Part shown: positions 28,801-36,831 of the stretch, piece by piece | Position numbering within the stretch: position 1 is the first letter of the stretch | How the letters are laid out: each line of letters starts with the position of its first letter | Assembly: GCA_015068865.1 (NCBI GenBank) | Contig: SVJT01000001.1 | Span: forward strand, 6,040-70,039 | Length of the DNA: 64,000 nucleotides | Reading direction: 5' to 3' | From: Oscillospiraceae bacterium | GTDB taxonomy: Bacteria; Bacillota; Clostridia; UBA1381; UBA9506 | Notes under the pieces: model-generated | Told to the model about the DNA's origin: nothing | Databases searched by the model: none | Seen by the model: the letters and a program-made list of their open reading frames with translations, nothing else | Program-made: the position numbers and the translations under genes

Positions 28801-31686
28801 GTTAACGCCTGCATCACTACCATAGAACAGAGAGAATTCGCTGCTACCATCCATTTTGTCGGTTAAGGTTGCCGATTCAATCATAAAGTCTGCTTCAACA
28901 GTTGCAACAGATGCATAGCCGGAGCCAAACCAACTACCACCAATACCGGTCTGGCCGGCATAACGGCTGGCTGAAAGAGTAACGTTCAAACCGGAGCCGG
29001 TTGAATCCCAGGCTTTCTGACCAAAAGCAGAAACATATTTATCACCATCTGCTTTTGTTTTAACAGTACCTGCATTGCCTGCATAACTTGCATTAGATGC
29101 CTGTTTGCTGCCGGGCTGGATCAGATAGTCATCCCAACCGGCCTGACCAAACATTCTGCGGCTTAAGTTGTTGATACCTACGTCATACATTTCAAAGTCC
29201 ATTTTAAAGCCAAGTGCAGTATAGTCAGTCCAGTAGTAGAAGTCACTGTTTGCATTACCGCTGGCTGTTCTGACGCCTCGAACTTCTTTTTCTGCCAGCA
29301 CTTCGCCGGCAGCGTTCTTAGCCTGAACAATGAATTTCTTATCTTTTACCTTGTTGCCGGTAATTAAAAGTCCACCATCTTCGCGAATCTCTACACCGGC
29401 AGGAAGTGTGCCACCTTCTACAGCCGCTACACTCCACACAACATCGGTTACACCGGTGTCATTCAGTTTATAAGGCACACGCATAATGCCGTTTTCTCTT
29501 TCCACAGGCAGAATAACATCATCACCCACGATAGCAAGAGCCGGAGCCGGGGTCGCGGTTGCAACGGGCGTTGCCGTGGGAGCCGGAGTTGCGGTTGCCG
29601 CAGGTGTTGCAGTTGCCGCAGGTGTTGCCGTCGGGGATGCCGTGGGCACGGGAGTGGGTGTCGGGGTTGGAGCCGGTGTTGGAGTTGCTGCCGGCGTATA
29701 GGTTCCTTCCCCAACAAAAGCGGCTACCTTGGTGCCGGAATAAATATTGATATTATCTACAAAGCTTTCAAAACCAATAGAGGTAATGCCTGTTTCGGCT
29801 GTATTGTTCTCCGCAACCACAACCGAACTTGTATGGGAGTTTGCCGTAACGCTTACAGTTTTATTATCTTCAATAACAACCTTAAGGGGAATCATCTGAT
29901 AATAAAAATCAGCACCATAACCGGTTAAACCTGCGTTTGCCTTCCATGTACCGCCTACGCGAGTTTCTACCTTATTGTTAGCAAGATTAACTGTGAAGCC
30001 GCCGCTACCAAAGTTAACAACAATAGGATAATTCATGGCAGGCCACCAAACACTTGCACCAAAATCGCTTTGCTTATGTACAGCAACTGTTGCTTCAATG
30101 GTGATTTTTTCTGATTTCATATTATCCGGACGAACGGCCAACGAATAAGCATCGCCTGTTGCTTTGTGGTGACCATGACCGATTTTGTTGGTTTTTGCTG
30201 TATCTTCTGCTTCAAAATTATAAACCGATTTCATCTGACCTTCCGTAATGGTTTGTGCAGTTGTACCGGCAAAAATGGAATTTGCTACTGTTTGACCAAC
30301 AACTTCATCTTCAAAATCTGAACTGTAAGAAACGCTGTTGGTGGTTATCTGAAATTCTGCAGAACCGCTTGCATCTGTAGCCTTGATTTTAAAGGTTTCG
30401 CCTAAAGCTACAGCATTAACGGTTAACACACCGGTTGCTGCATCAATTTTAGCATAGGATTTCACTCTGCCGTCGTCAACTAAGCTCCAGGTTACACCCT
30501 CTGTGATGGGTGTACCGTCTAACTTGGTTGCGGCATAAGCAACTTCAATCGCACCGGAAGAAGGCAGGAACAATTTAGCATCGCCTGCTACCTTAATATC
30601 CGGTTCAGCAGGAACCGGGGGATAGGTACCTTCTCCGGCGAAAGCTTCTACTTTCACGCCGGTGTAAATTTCAAGATCATCAACGGGTGCTGCTAACATA
30701 ATTTTGCTAACATTATAGTTTGCAACGCTGTCATTTAAAATGCCAACGAAGTAATAACCATTTTGGCCTTTATAAACAGTGGTAGGTGTGCCATTGTTTA
30801 CGGTTGTGGTGAAGTCTGTGCCCATAACTTCAAGTTTAACGGGAACAAACTCATCAGCAACATAGGTATATGTGCTGTTAGCAACTGCAGGAGCGGTGGG
30901 GAAATATAATTTGTTCAGATAAGTACCCTGAGTTGATAAATCCCACTTGGTTCTGGTTAAGCCGATTTCATCACCATTTGCTTTAGCAGTTAAACCTAAC
31001 TGATAATTATGAGTTGCCAGTGTAGTGCCTTGCCAACCGGTTACACCTTCAACCTGTTTATCCCACAAAATGTTGAATAACTGATGGATACCGGAAGGCT
31101 TCGCTACACCATCGGACATATACTTAGCTTCTACGGTTAAATGGTTGCTTTTAAGACCTAAGTCTAAAAGGTCAATGTAGCTTGCCATGCCCCAACCGGT
31201 AGTTGCTGTAATGTAAGCATATTTATTACCATTGCCCTGTGCTTGAACAGCAAAGGCGCCGGTTGTATTGGTGCCGTGATAGAAGTTTGCGGGCATTTCA
31301 CCATCTTCAAAATCGTAGCTTAAAGACGTGTTATGAATGCTTACCGGAAATTCTACAGAGCCTTCTGCGGTTTCAGCTTTAATTTTAAAGCTTTCACCCA
31401 AAGCCACAGCATTAACGGTTACTTTACCGGTTGCCGCATCAATTTTAGCATAGGTTTTTACTCTGCCATCATCAACCAGGCTCCAGGTTACGCCCTCTGT
31501 AATGGGTGTGCCGTCTAATTGTGCAGCCGAATATTCAACTTCGATTGCACCGTCAGAAGGCAGGAACAGCTTCGCGTCACCTACGATTTGTAAGTCTGCT
31601 ACTGCAAATACGTTTGTGGGGATAAAGGTCAACATCATCATAATGACCAAACAGAATCCCAACAGTCTCTTCATTGTCTGTTTCAT
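25876..31686 (-). CDS. Giant (1936 aa) cell-surface protein: repeated Ig-like (Big_2-type) plus LamG/ConA-like modules, Pro/Thr/Ala linker, Gly-rich linker, C-terminal SLH repeats
   Basis: Signal peptide. The duplicated module VGDAKLFLPS(D/S)GAIEV..TEGVTWSLVDDGRVK..YAKIDAATG.. occurs at aa 31-113 and 363-445. Module ends VDDLEIYTG, VDNINIYSG and IDNIYAYAG resemble the terminal strand of Laminin_G_3 domains. SLH repeats lie at about 25879..26400 (YYDVAPEHWADEAISYL...). Confidence 0.75.
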   Translation of the reverse strand: MKQTMKRLLGFCLVIMMMLTFIPTNVFAVADLQIVGDAKLFLPSDGAIEVEYSAAQLDGTPITEGVTWSLVDDGRVKTYAKIDAATGKVTVNAVALGESFKIKAETAEGSVEFPVSIHNTSLSYDFEDGEMPANFYHGTNTTGAFAVQAQGNGNKYAYITATTGWGMASYIDLLDLGLKSNHLTVEAKYMSDGVAKPSGIHQLFNILWDKQVEGVTGWQGTTLATHNYQLGLTAKANGDEIGLTRTKWDLSTQGTYLNKLYFPTAPAVANSTYTYVADEFVPVKLEVMGTDFTTTVNNGTPTTVYKGQNGYYFVGILNDSVANYNVSKIMLAAPVDDLEIYTGVKVEAFAGEGTYPPVPAEPDIKVAGDAKLFLPSSGAIEVAYAATKLDGTPITEGVTWSLVDDGRVKSYAKIDAATGVLTVNAVALGETFKIKATDASGSAEFQITTNSVSYSSDFEDEVVGQTVANSIFAGTTAQTITEGQMKSVYNFEAEDTAKTNKIGHGHHKATGDAYSLAVRPDNMKSEKITIEATVAVHKQSDFGASVWWPAMNYPIVVNFGSGGFTVNLANNKVETRVGGTWKANAGLTGYGADFYYQMIPLKVVIEDNKTVSVTANSHTSSVVVAENNTAETGITSIGFESFVDNINIYSGTKVAAFVGEGTYTPAATPTPAPTPTPTPVPTASPTATPAATATPAATATPAPTATPVATATPAPALAIVGDDVILPVERENGIMRVPYKLNDTGVTDVVWSVAAVEGGTLPAGVEIREDGGLLITGNKVKDKKFIVQAKNAAGEVLAEKEVRGVRTASGNANSDFYYWTDYTALGFKMDFEMYDVGINNLSRRMFGQAGWDDYLIQPGSKQASNASYAGNAGTVKTKADGDKYVSAFGQKAWDSTGSGLNVTLSASRYAGQTGIGGSWFGSGYASVATVEADFMIESATLTDKMDGSSEFSLFYGSDAGVNLSYKKVSDNEAVIYNCSNNSRAEMMRVPADTWFNVRIEKDHVAGTIDIYVDNKLMVNDFACPSGSITSFAVGAAIDNIYAYAGSLQAPTLPDSLPEALYYTTSRQQAVINVDNNVYLGIYPFPDKVSYFGVGVTAQGNKLYVPYGISNVTITSEDSLYGLNRVATISRSTITEGFDEGTSKTLPDMTGDILITFTADGPFSVTLTTAGGSKVISATEDPAEAKKVMIAANTKTGTYKAIFNDKLIGEGVLSSGALTGISVTGGNPDALVVSSMNVTEPYALSPTIAGVAAVGQELKADYTYYSPWQAAKTGSTITWYVAPTADGTYVQAGTGETWVPQQSHAGQYAKYTITVTDGKKTSSLVESAPVLIKDVYSVTLSGNTLTAEVQNVLSDADIYVAAALYNNGDLQKTVVEKISFSGSSYTWTTDASGCDAAKVSLFAASDLKPIAPYKTAGTVPSEIVSESVTKTEIYARGGNLYLYGAANTMATVLFYGHGTDGSDVTVAYSDVYERTAGLSEAGKLAYATIVELDGTGHAVISLPTLSDGSYRLDFIPRSGEAVEYLFMMDPQAALTPTVMNLPGFLNVLKLYSDKADSEVETIYSLYLSLSAGGKANVERLLVGAGYEVREFDLAACLIRYFENESFDQTQFNRLKAELNARSLDVAGVTLMQYDALPNKTGAVILVKPWTNFEDLLPQVYDTALLYGVYHVRNSMEADSFLKELTDTNYPNSAYKADICNLVGGKLYATLAELKAAINGYVPAPGLGGGTIVGGGGGAVSGGTAGGGVPTIQSGASTTVTGYVYYDVAPEHWADEAISYLSSINVLSGRPDGSFGPEDSITRAEFVKILCSAFQLKSTERASFNDVPGGAWYASYAAIAGGMGIVQGSDGNFMPDAQITREDAAVMLHRVLELLGEEFPEGGAGVVDQDSISEYAQSAVAQLQAIGLINGMEDGKYYPKNTMTRAQCAQVITNALRR
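29539..29697. repeat. Low-complexity Pro/Thr/Ala linker coding region with 18-nt tandem units
   Basis: Encodes TPAATPTPAPTPTPTPVPTASPTATPAATATPAATATPAPTATPVATATPAP. Two adjacent 18-nt units differ at only two positions: 29596..29613 (tgccgcaggtgttgcagt) and 29614..29631 (tgccgcaggtgttgccgt). Confidence 0.85.
30352..30600. repeat. Intragenic duplicated Ig-like module, copy 2 (aa 363-445 of the 1936-aa protein)
   Basis: Nucleotide and protein similarity to 31348..31596 is visible by eye over about 250 nt, for example the shared runs gcatcaattttagcatagg and acagcattaacggtta. Confidence 0.8.
31348..31596. repeat. Intragenic duplicated Ig-like module, copy 1 (aa 31-113 of the 1936-aa protein)
   Basis: See 30352..30600. 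The N-terminus of the 1144-aa protein (36964..40398) carries a related module (LVGDAKLFLPSTGPIKVQY). Confidence 0.8.
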
Positions 31687-31761
31687 AGATATCCTCCTTA
31701 AAACATTTTCCTTTTGACAATCTATATATAAGAAGTCTTTAACAACTTGACTTCAAAGGAA

Positions 31762-32544
31762 CTAGATAATGTCCTTTAACAACTTTTTCGCATTTTCACC
31801 AAAAATCTTGATTTTGTCGCTGTCACTCAGCTTAGAAAGCGCCAGCTTACCCACATTATGACTGCAGTCATAGAAGGGAAGGTCAGTACCAAATAGCACT
31901 CTGTCTACCCCCACCTGACCTACAATCCATTCAATGGCACCGTCGTAGGTGCTGGAAATGGCTGTATCCACAAAAATATTCTCTGTGGATTTGCAGGCCT
32001 GGATGGCGATTTGCTTAGAGGCAAAGCTGGTAAAGCCGCTATGACCGATAATCACCGGCGCATCCTTATAGGTTTTGCCGATGGCAACAGCCTGTTCTAC
32101 CTCAAAGGGCTCCCAGGTGTGAAACAAAATGGGGAGCTTGTTTTTGTTGGCAAATTCCAGAGCCGGAATGTATGACGGATTGTTCAGCGCCGTCATTTGT
32201 TCACAGGCGTGCATTTTAATACCAATCACGCCGGGGGCAGAGTCAAAATACTTGGTTACATCAAAATCCGCATAATAGGGATTGGGTACAACGTAAGCAT
32301 AAATTCTGCCGGGGTTTTCCTTTGCCGCCTGCACCGTCAGGTCGTTTCCCAACCAGGGGTCGCTCTGCAGTGCCGGATTCGAAGAAAGAGCAATGGCGTT
32401 CACGCCCATCCGATCCAGCTTCGCTATAATGCCCTTGGCATCATATTCTGCGGTGTGAATCACGCGGGATTGCTCAATGTGACCGTGAATATCAAAGATA
32501 AAAATGTCATCTAAGGGCAAACCCTCTAATGCTCGCCTAATCAT
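31762..32544 (-). CDS. Amidohydrolase-2 (PF04909-like) family metal-dependent hydrolase
   Basis: 260 aa. DIHGHI (HxH), IKMH, ILFHTW, IIGHSG and FGTDLPF (beta-8 Asp) give the complete metal-ligand set. The start ATG overlaps the upstream stop (ATGA). Confidence 0.75.
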   Translation of the reverse strand: MIRRALEGLPLDDIFIFDIHGHIEQSRVIHTAEYDAKGIIAKLDRMGVNAIALSSNPALQSDPWLGNDLTVQAAKENPGRIYAYVVPNPYYADFDVTKYFDSAPGVIGIKMHACEQMTALNNPSYIPALEFANKNKLPILFHTWEPFEVEQAVAIGKTYKDAPVIIGHSGFTSFASKQIAIQACKSTENIFVDTAISSTYDGAIEWIVGQVGVDRVLFGTDLPFYDCSHNVGKLALSKLSDSDKIKIFGENAKKLLKDII

Positions 32545-33293
32545 AACGCCACCTCCTCTAACAATCTCAAAATATTGCCGGAGGCAATGAGCTGTTTTTC
32601 TTCATCGCTGATGTCTGCATAGCGAATGAGAGATGTTGCGGCCGCTGCCGAAGCGTTGGGCATACCGGAGCCGAAGAGCATCCGCTCGGCACCAACATAC
32701 TGGCAGAATCTTGCCACCGCGTTGTGAATGATGAAGTTGCTGGAATCTAAATAGATGTTGTCGCAGCTTTCAAAAATCGGTGCTAAGAATCGCACCGTGC
32801 GGTAGCCGGGGTCGCAAATGACGAATTTTGCCTTGGGATAGTTTTTGCATAAATCATAAATGTTGGCCGCACCCTGCATTTCAGCATAGTTTACGAAAAT
32901 GGGCACGTTACATTCAGAAAGAGCATCAATCATAGAGCCTGCCGAATAAGGCGCCATGGAATATTGCTTGGAGAAGGGGAAAAAGCGAACCGTTTTCACA
33001 CTATGCTTTTTCATTTCGGCTAACAACATCTGAGGCGTCATAAACTCATCCCAGATGTTGGGCTGCACCACCCACTGCTTCATCAGTCTGTCTTCATACC
33101 CTGTCACGGTTTTTTCCAACTCGGGAATGCCCAACAGACAGCTATTTTCCACTCCTACACTATGGTAGCAAATGGCTTGTTCGATGCCCACACGGTCCAT
33201 AATCTCCAAAAAATCTCCTGTGGTCACCGGAGAGCCCTCACGGGGCGCCATACGGTTGCCAATCATACAGTTGGCATCAATAAATTTTATCAT
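32541..33293 (-). CDS. Degenerate amidohydrolase-2-like protein (metal ligands lost; probable pseudo-enzyme or partner subunit)
   Basis: 250 aa, collinear with the neighbouring amidohydrolase. It has IDANCMIG in place of HxH, VRFFP, IFVNY and VICDPG in place of the His positions, and FGSGMP in place of FGTDLP. There is a 4-nt ATGA overlap with the next gene. Confidence 0.65.
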   Translation of the reverse strand: MIKFIDANCMIGNRMAPREGSPVTTGDFLEIMDRVGIEQAICYHSVGVENSCLLGIPELEKTVTGYEDRLMKQWVVQPNIWDEFMTPQMLLAEMKKHSVKTVRFFPFSKQYSMAPYSAGSMIDALSECNVPIFVNYAEMQGAANIYDLCKNYPKAKFVICDPGYRTVRFLAPIFESCDNIYLDSSNFIIHNAVARFCQYVGAERMLFGSGMPNASAAAATSLIRYADISDEEKQLIASGNILRLLEEVAL

Positions 33294-33305
33294 TTAACCG
33301 CCCCC

Positions 33306-34553
33306 TTACAGAACCTCGGCAGCTACCTTTTTAACCGCCTTAATCATATCCTCTAAATCCTGATCCGTAAAGGTGGGGTCAATATATGTAAATACATTGC
33401 GGGGCATAACGCTGATCGCATTGGGACACATATCTTCTGTGTAAACGATTTCTTCATCAAACTGATTGAAGGGGAAACCGTTTGCATCAACCGTCTTTTT
33501 ATAGAAAACCTGAGGGATCATATATACGGGGCGACCGCCATAGAGAGAGTTAAATGCCACATTTTCTGCCCACATAGCCTGACAGAAGGCATCACTTTTT
33601 TCTTTGCTTTCCACAAACATCATCAGGGATGAAGCAGCATCGCCTTCGTCATCAATAATGCGTCTGAAAGTTAAACCGGGCACATCTTTTAACTCGTTTT
33701 TCAAAATGGCTTTGTTCCGCTTCATCTTGGCAATAATATCATCAAGTTTCGAAAGCTGAACACAGGCCACGGCACCGGTCAGTTCGCTCATACGGTAGTT
33801 CTGCCCGACAAACACACGGTCAGGGTTATTGGTTAAGCGTCCCTCCACCTTGCGGTACTGTCCCTGGTCGTGGTAACGGACCGCACGCTCATAAAGCTCG
33901 TCGTTATTGGTCACTACCACACCGCCTTCACCGGTGGTTAAGATTTTATTCATCTGCATGGAGTAAACACCAATGTCGCCCCATGTACCCATGGGCTTGC
34001 CATTTAAGGAGGAGCCCATAGACTGTGCCACGTCTTCAATAACAATCAGATTATATTTTTTCGCTTCTTTTACTACTTCATCCATCTGGCAGGGGCTACC
34101 CAAAAGGGGCACCGCAATCACAGCCTTGGTGTATTTATCAACCAAGCCACCGATGGCTTTGGGGTCGATGTTCTGTGTGTCATCCACATCGGCAAACACA
34201 GGCACCGCACCGGCACAAATTACCGCACCGGCAGTTGCCAAAAAGGTGCAGGCAGGCACAATAACCTTGTGACCGGGACCAATGCCGGCAGCTTTTAACG
34301 CTACTACCAGACCGGCGGTACAGCTGGTAACACCCAAAACGTGCTTCACGCCCATACGCTTTGCAAATGCTTCTTCAAACTGGTCTACTTTGCCCAACAC
34401 ATTAGGGCCGTAATATCTGAACGGCGACTGTGCCATACAAACCTCATAAACCGCCTTGGCTTCTTCCTCGCCATAGACCATAGCACCGGGAAAGCCACCA
34501 TTTAACAAGGTTTCGCGCACAGGCGTTCCACCGTTAATTGCTAATTTGCTCAT
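33306..34553 (-). CDS. DegT/DnrJ/EryC1/StrS family PLP-dependent aminotransferase
   Basis: MSKLAINGGTPV start, IEDVAQSMG, and the PLP-lysine motif YSMQMNKILTTGEGGVVVT. 415 aa, no signal peptide. Confidence 0.85.
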   Translation of the reverse strand: MSKLAINGGTPVRETLLNGGFPGAMVYGEEEAKAVYEVCMAQSPFRYYGPNVLGKVDQFEEAFAKRMGVKHVLGVTSCTAGLVVALKAAGIGPGHKVIVPACTFLATAGAVICAGAVPVFADVDDTQNIDPKAIGGLVDKYTKAVIAVPLLGSPCQMDEVVKEAKKYNLIVIEDVAQSMGSSLNGKPMGTWGDIGVYSMQMNKILTTGEGGVVVTNNDELYERAVRYHDQGQYRKVEGRLTNNPDRVFVGQNYRMSELTGAVACVQLSKLDDIIAKMKRNKAILKNELKDVPGLTFRRIIDDEGDAASSLMMFVESKEKSDAFCQAMWAENVAFNSLYGGRPVYMIPQVFYKKTVDANGFPFNQFDEEIVYTEDMCPNAISVMPRNVFTYIDPTFTDQDLEDMIKAVKKVAAEVL

Positions 34554-34635
34554 CTTTTTCTACTCCTTTTAATGCTACTATATAAAGACGGTTATAGGAA
34601 CGGCGATTTCGTCGTCCCCTATATGAACTTTTTTA

Positions 34636-35535
34636 TTAACCCTTAACAGAGCCAATCATAATACCCTTAACAAAGTATTTCTGCACCATAGGATAGATGA
34701 GAACCATGGGCAAGCTAGCCACAATAACCAGTGAGTATTTTAAAAGCTCACTCATGAGTCGAGCCTGAGATTCTTCCATTGCATTGGTGGCATTTAATTC
34801 ATCCACCTGACCAAGCAACAGGATTTCACGCAATACAATCTGAATGGGATATAATCTCTGATCCTGAATGTAGAGATAAGCACTCATAAACACGTTCCAG
34901 TAAGCAACCATGTAGTAAAGCGCGATAACTGCCAGAGAGGGTTTCGCCAGCGGAACGGCAATCTGCAACAGATAACGGAAATCGTCACAGCCGTCCAGCT
35001 TTGCCGACTCTAAAATTTCACCGGCAACATTGGTCTGGAAGTAGGTTCTGATGATAATCATATTCCAAACGCTCATGGCAGAGGGAATGATTAAAGACCA
35101 ACGGGAGTTAAACAGACCTAAGTTTTTAACCAACAGGTAGGTAGGAATTAAACCGCCGGAGAACCACATGGTAAAAGCAAACAGCAAGGAAATGAGGCCG
35201 CCGATAGTAAAGTCCTTACGGGACAGGGGGTAAGCCGCCATAACGGTTACAATCATGCTGACAACCGTACCAACAACTGTGTAAATAACGGAGTTATACA
35301 TACCGGTCCAAACCTGTTTGTGCCGAAGCACCGCGTAATAACCTGCCACCGTGGGTTTAACAGGCAGGAACCAGACTTTACCTGCCATCAGTGCTTTTGC
35401 ATCACTGAAGGAAGAGCTTAATACAATGATAACGGGATATAAAATAATCAATAAACACAATGTAGCAAAAATTACGTTAAAAACGTCGAACGCTTTGTCT
35501 GCGCGTGTTTCTTTCAAATGATTACGTTTTGCCAT
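34636..35535 (-). CDS. Carbohydrate ABC transporter permease (LplC/YtcP-like)
   Basis: 299 aa, six TM helices. Binding-protein-dependent transporter EAA-like loop (ESAKLDGCDDFRYLLQIAVPLAKP). Confidence 0.85.
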   Translation of the reverse strand: MAKRNHLKETRADKAFDVFNVIFATLCLLIILYPVIIVLSSSFSDAKALMAGKVWFLPVKPTVAGYYAVLRHKQVWTGMYNSVIYTVVGTVVSMIVTVMAAYPLSRKDFTIGGLISLLFAFTMWFSGGLIPTYLLVKNLGLFNSRWSLIIPSAMSVWNMIIIRTYFQTNVAGEILESAKLDGCDDFRYLLQIAVPLAKPSLAVIALYYMVAYWNVFMSAYLYIQDQRLYPIQIVLREILLLGQVDELNATNAMEESQARLMSELLKYSLVIVASLPMVLIYPMVQKYFVKGIMIGSVKG

Positions 35536-35571
35536 AATAACAATCTCCTTTTCTCTTTTTAGGGTCAGCGT

Positions 35572-36534
35572 TTACCACAAACCAACTTCGGTAATCTTCT
35601 TGGAAATTTTGTTCGTGGTCATAATCATCAGGAAGGAAACCACAGAAGCCATCAAACCGATAGCAGCAGGATAAGAATAGCTGGGAATACCGCCGCCGAT
35701 ACCGATTTTATACTCATAGGTGCTCAGCACTTCAGAAATTTCTAAGTTGGTGGGGTTCTGCATCATAAAGGTTTTATCAAAACCAACGCTGATGATAGAG
35801 CCTAAGTTCATAATGGTCATAATGGCCACGGTGGGCAGAATGCCTGCCAGGTCGATATGCCAGATTCGTCTGATTTTATTGGCACCGTCAATAATAGCCG
35901 CTTCGTGGAGCTGAGGGTCAACACCGGCCAGCGCAGAAATATACATAATGGAGCCCCAACCTGTGCTCTGCCAAACGCCGGACCATACATATAAGTGACG
36001 GAAGTATTTGGAAAGACCTAAAATGTTCACCTTTTCACCGGTAAGCAGCTGAATAACATTGTTAACGATACCGGACTGGGTGTTAAACAACAGCTGAATC
36101 AGGCTGACAATGATAACGGTGGATAAGAAGTGAGGCAGATAGGTTACCATCTGTACTGTTTTCTTAAACCGTTCATTTTTCAGGTAGTTCAGGCTGACAG
36201 CCAGCAGAATGGGGAAGGGAATGTTAATGGCCAGCGAATACAGGCTGATTGCCAGCGTGTTTCTGATTAACGGCCAGAACTGAGAGGAATTAATGAATCG
36301 GATAAAGTGTTTAAGACCAACCCATTCGCTGCCCATATAACCCAAACGGGGTTTATAGTCAATAAAGGAAATTCGCGCACCGTACATGGGCACATATTTA
36401 AATACAATTATGTATGCCAGCGGTATCAGAATCAAAACATAAAGCTGCCAGTTGGTTTTAATGTCAGAAAAATAACCGGTATACTTCTTTTTCTTCTTGG
36501 GTGTTGTTTCTGACGTAGTTGCTGTTTTTTTCAT
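35572..36534 (-). CDS. Carbohydrate ABC transporter permease (LplB/YteP-like)
   Basis: 320 aa with a Lys-rich N-terminus. EAA-like loop (HEAAIIDGANKIRRIWHIDLAGILP). The SD GGAGCG sits in the loop of a cagatt/aatctg hairpin. Confidence 0.85.
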   Translation of the reverse strand: MKKTATTSETTPKKKKKYTGYFSDIKTNWQLYVLILIPLAYIIVFKYVPMYGARISFIDYKPRLGYMGSEWVGLKHFIRFINSSQFWPLIRNTLAISLYSLAINIPFPILLAVSLNYLKNERFKKTVQMVTYLPHFLSTVIIVSLIQLLFNTQSGIVNNVIQLLTGEKVNILGLSKYFRHLYVWSGVWQSTGWGSIMYISALAGVDPQLHEAAIIDGANKIRRIWHIDLAGILPTVAIMTIMNLGSIISVGFDKTFMMQNPTNLEISEVLSTYEYKIGIGGGIPSYSYPAAIGLMASVVSFLMIMTTNKISKKITEVGLW

Positions 36535-36678
36535 AACAGATTCGCTCCAATCTGCCGCTCTGCCCGGCGAATAATGTAAATATAATGTATATGAGTCCCT
36601 TTTCGCGCAGAGAGGAAAATGAAAAGAGATTTACATTCAAAGTTATAAAGGGTTTTTGCCAGATTATTGGTTATTATA

Positions 36679-36728
36679 GCCTCCCTTGCCTAAAGGGAGG
36701 GGGACCACCGAAGGTGGTGGAGGGATTC
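36679..36728. repeat. REP/MITE-like repeat unit (type 1, forward)
   Basis: gcctcccttgcctaaagggagggggaccaccgaaggtggtggagggattc. It contains two mini-hairpins (ctccctt/aagggag and ccacc/ggtgg). 48 of 50 nt match the reverse complement of 40606..40655. Confidence 0.85.
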
Positions 36729-36756
36729 ATAACATAAGTATGTATAAAAATCATAA

Positions 36757-36831
36757 GAATCCCCCAGACTTCTCGTTTTCACTCGAAGCCAGCCCACTCG
36801 CGTGCCCAGAATGGGTATTAGGCAAGGGGCC
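36757..36831. repeat. REP/MITE-like repeat unit (divergent type, inverted partner of 36679..36728)
   Basis: The reverse complement reads ggccccttgcctaa...gggggattc, sharing the CCCTTGCCTAA head and GGGATTC tail with the other units. It is separated from the forward unit by a 28-nt AT-rich spacer. Confidence 0.6.

Noticed and set aside
29463-29750. Three overlapping ORFs on both strands in the 1936-aa gene
   Set aside because: They are artefacts of the GC-rich Pro/Thr/Ala linker repeats, which stay open in several frames.
31687-31761. Independent promoter for the 1936-aa gene
   Set aside because: Only poor hexamers are present (for example TTGAAG-17-TCTTAT). The gene is more likely co-transcribed with the upstream permease/DegT/amidohydrolase genes, or dependent on an activator.
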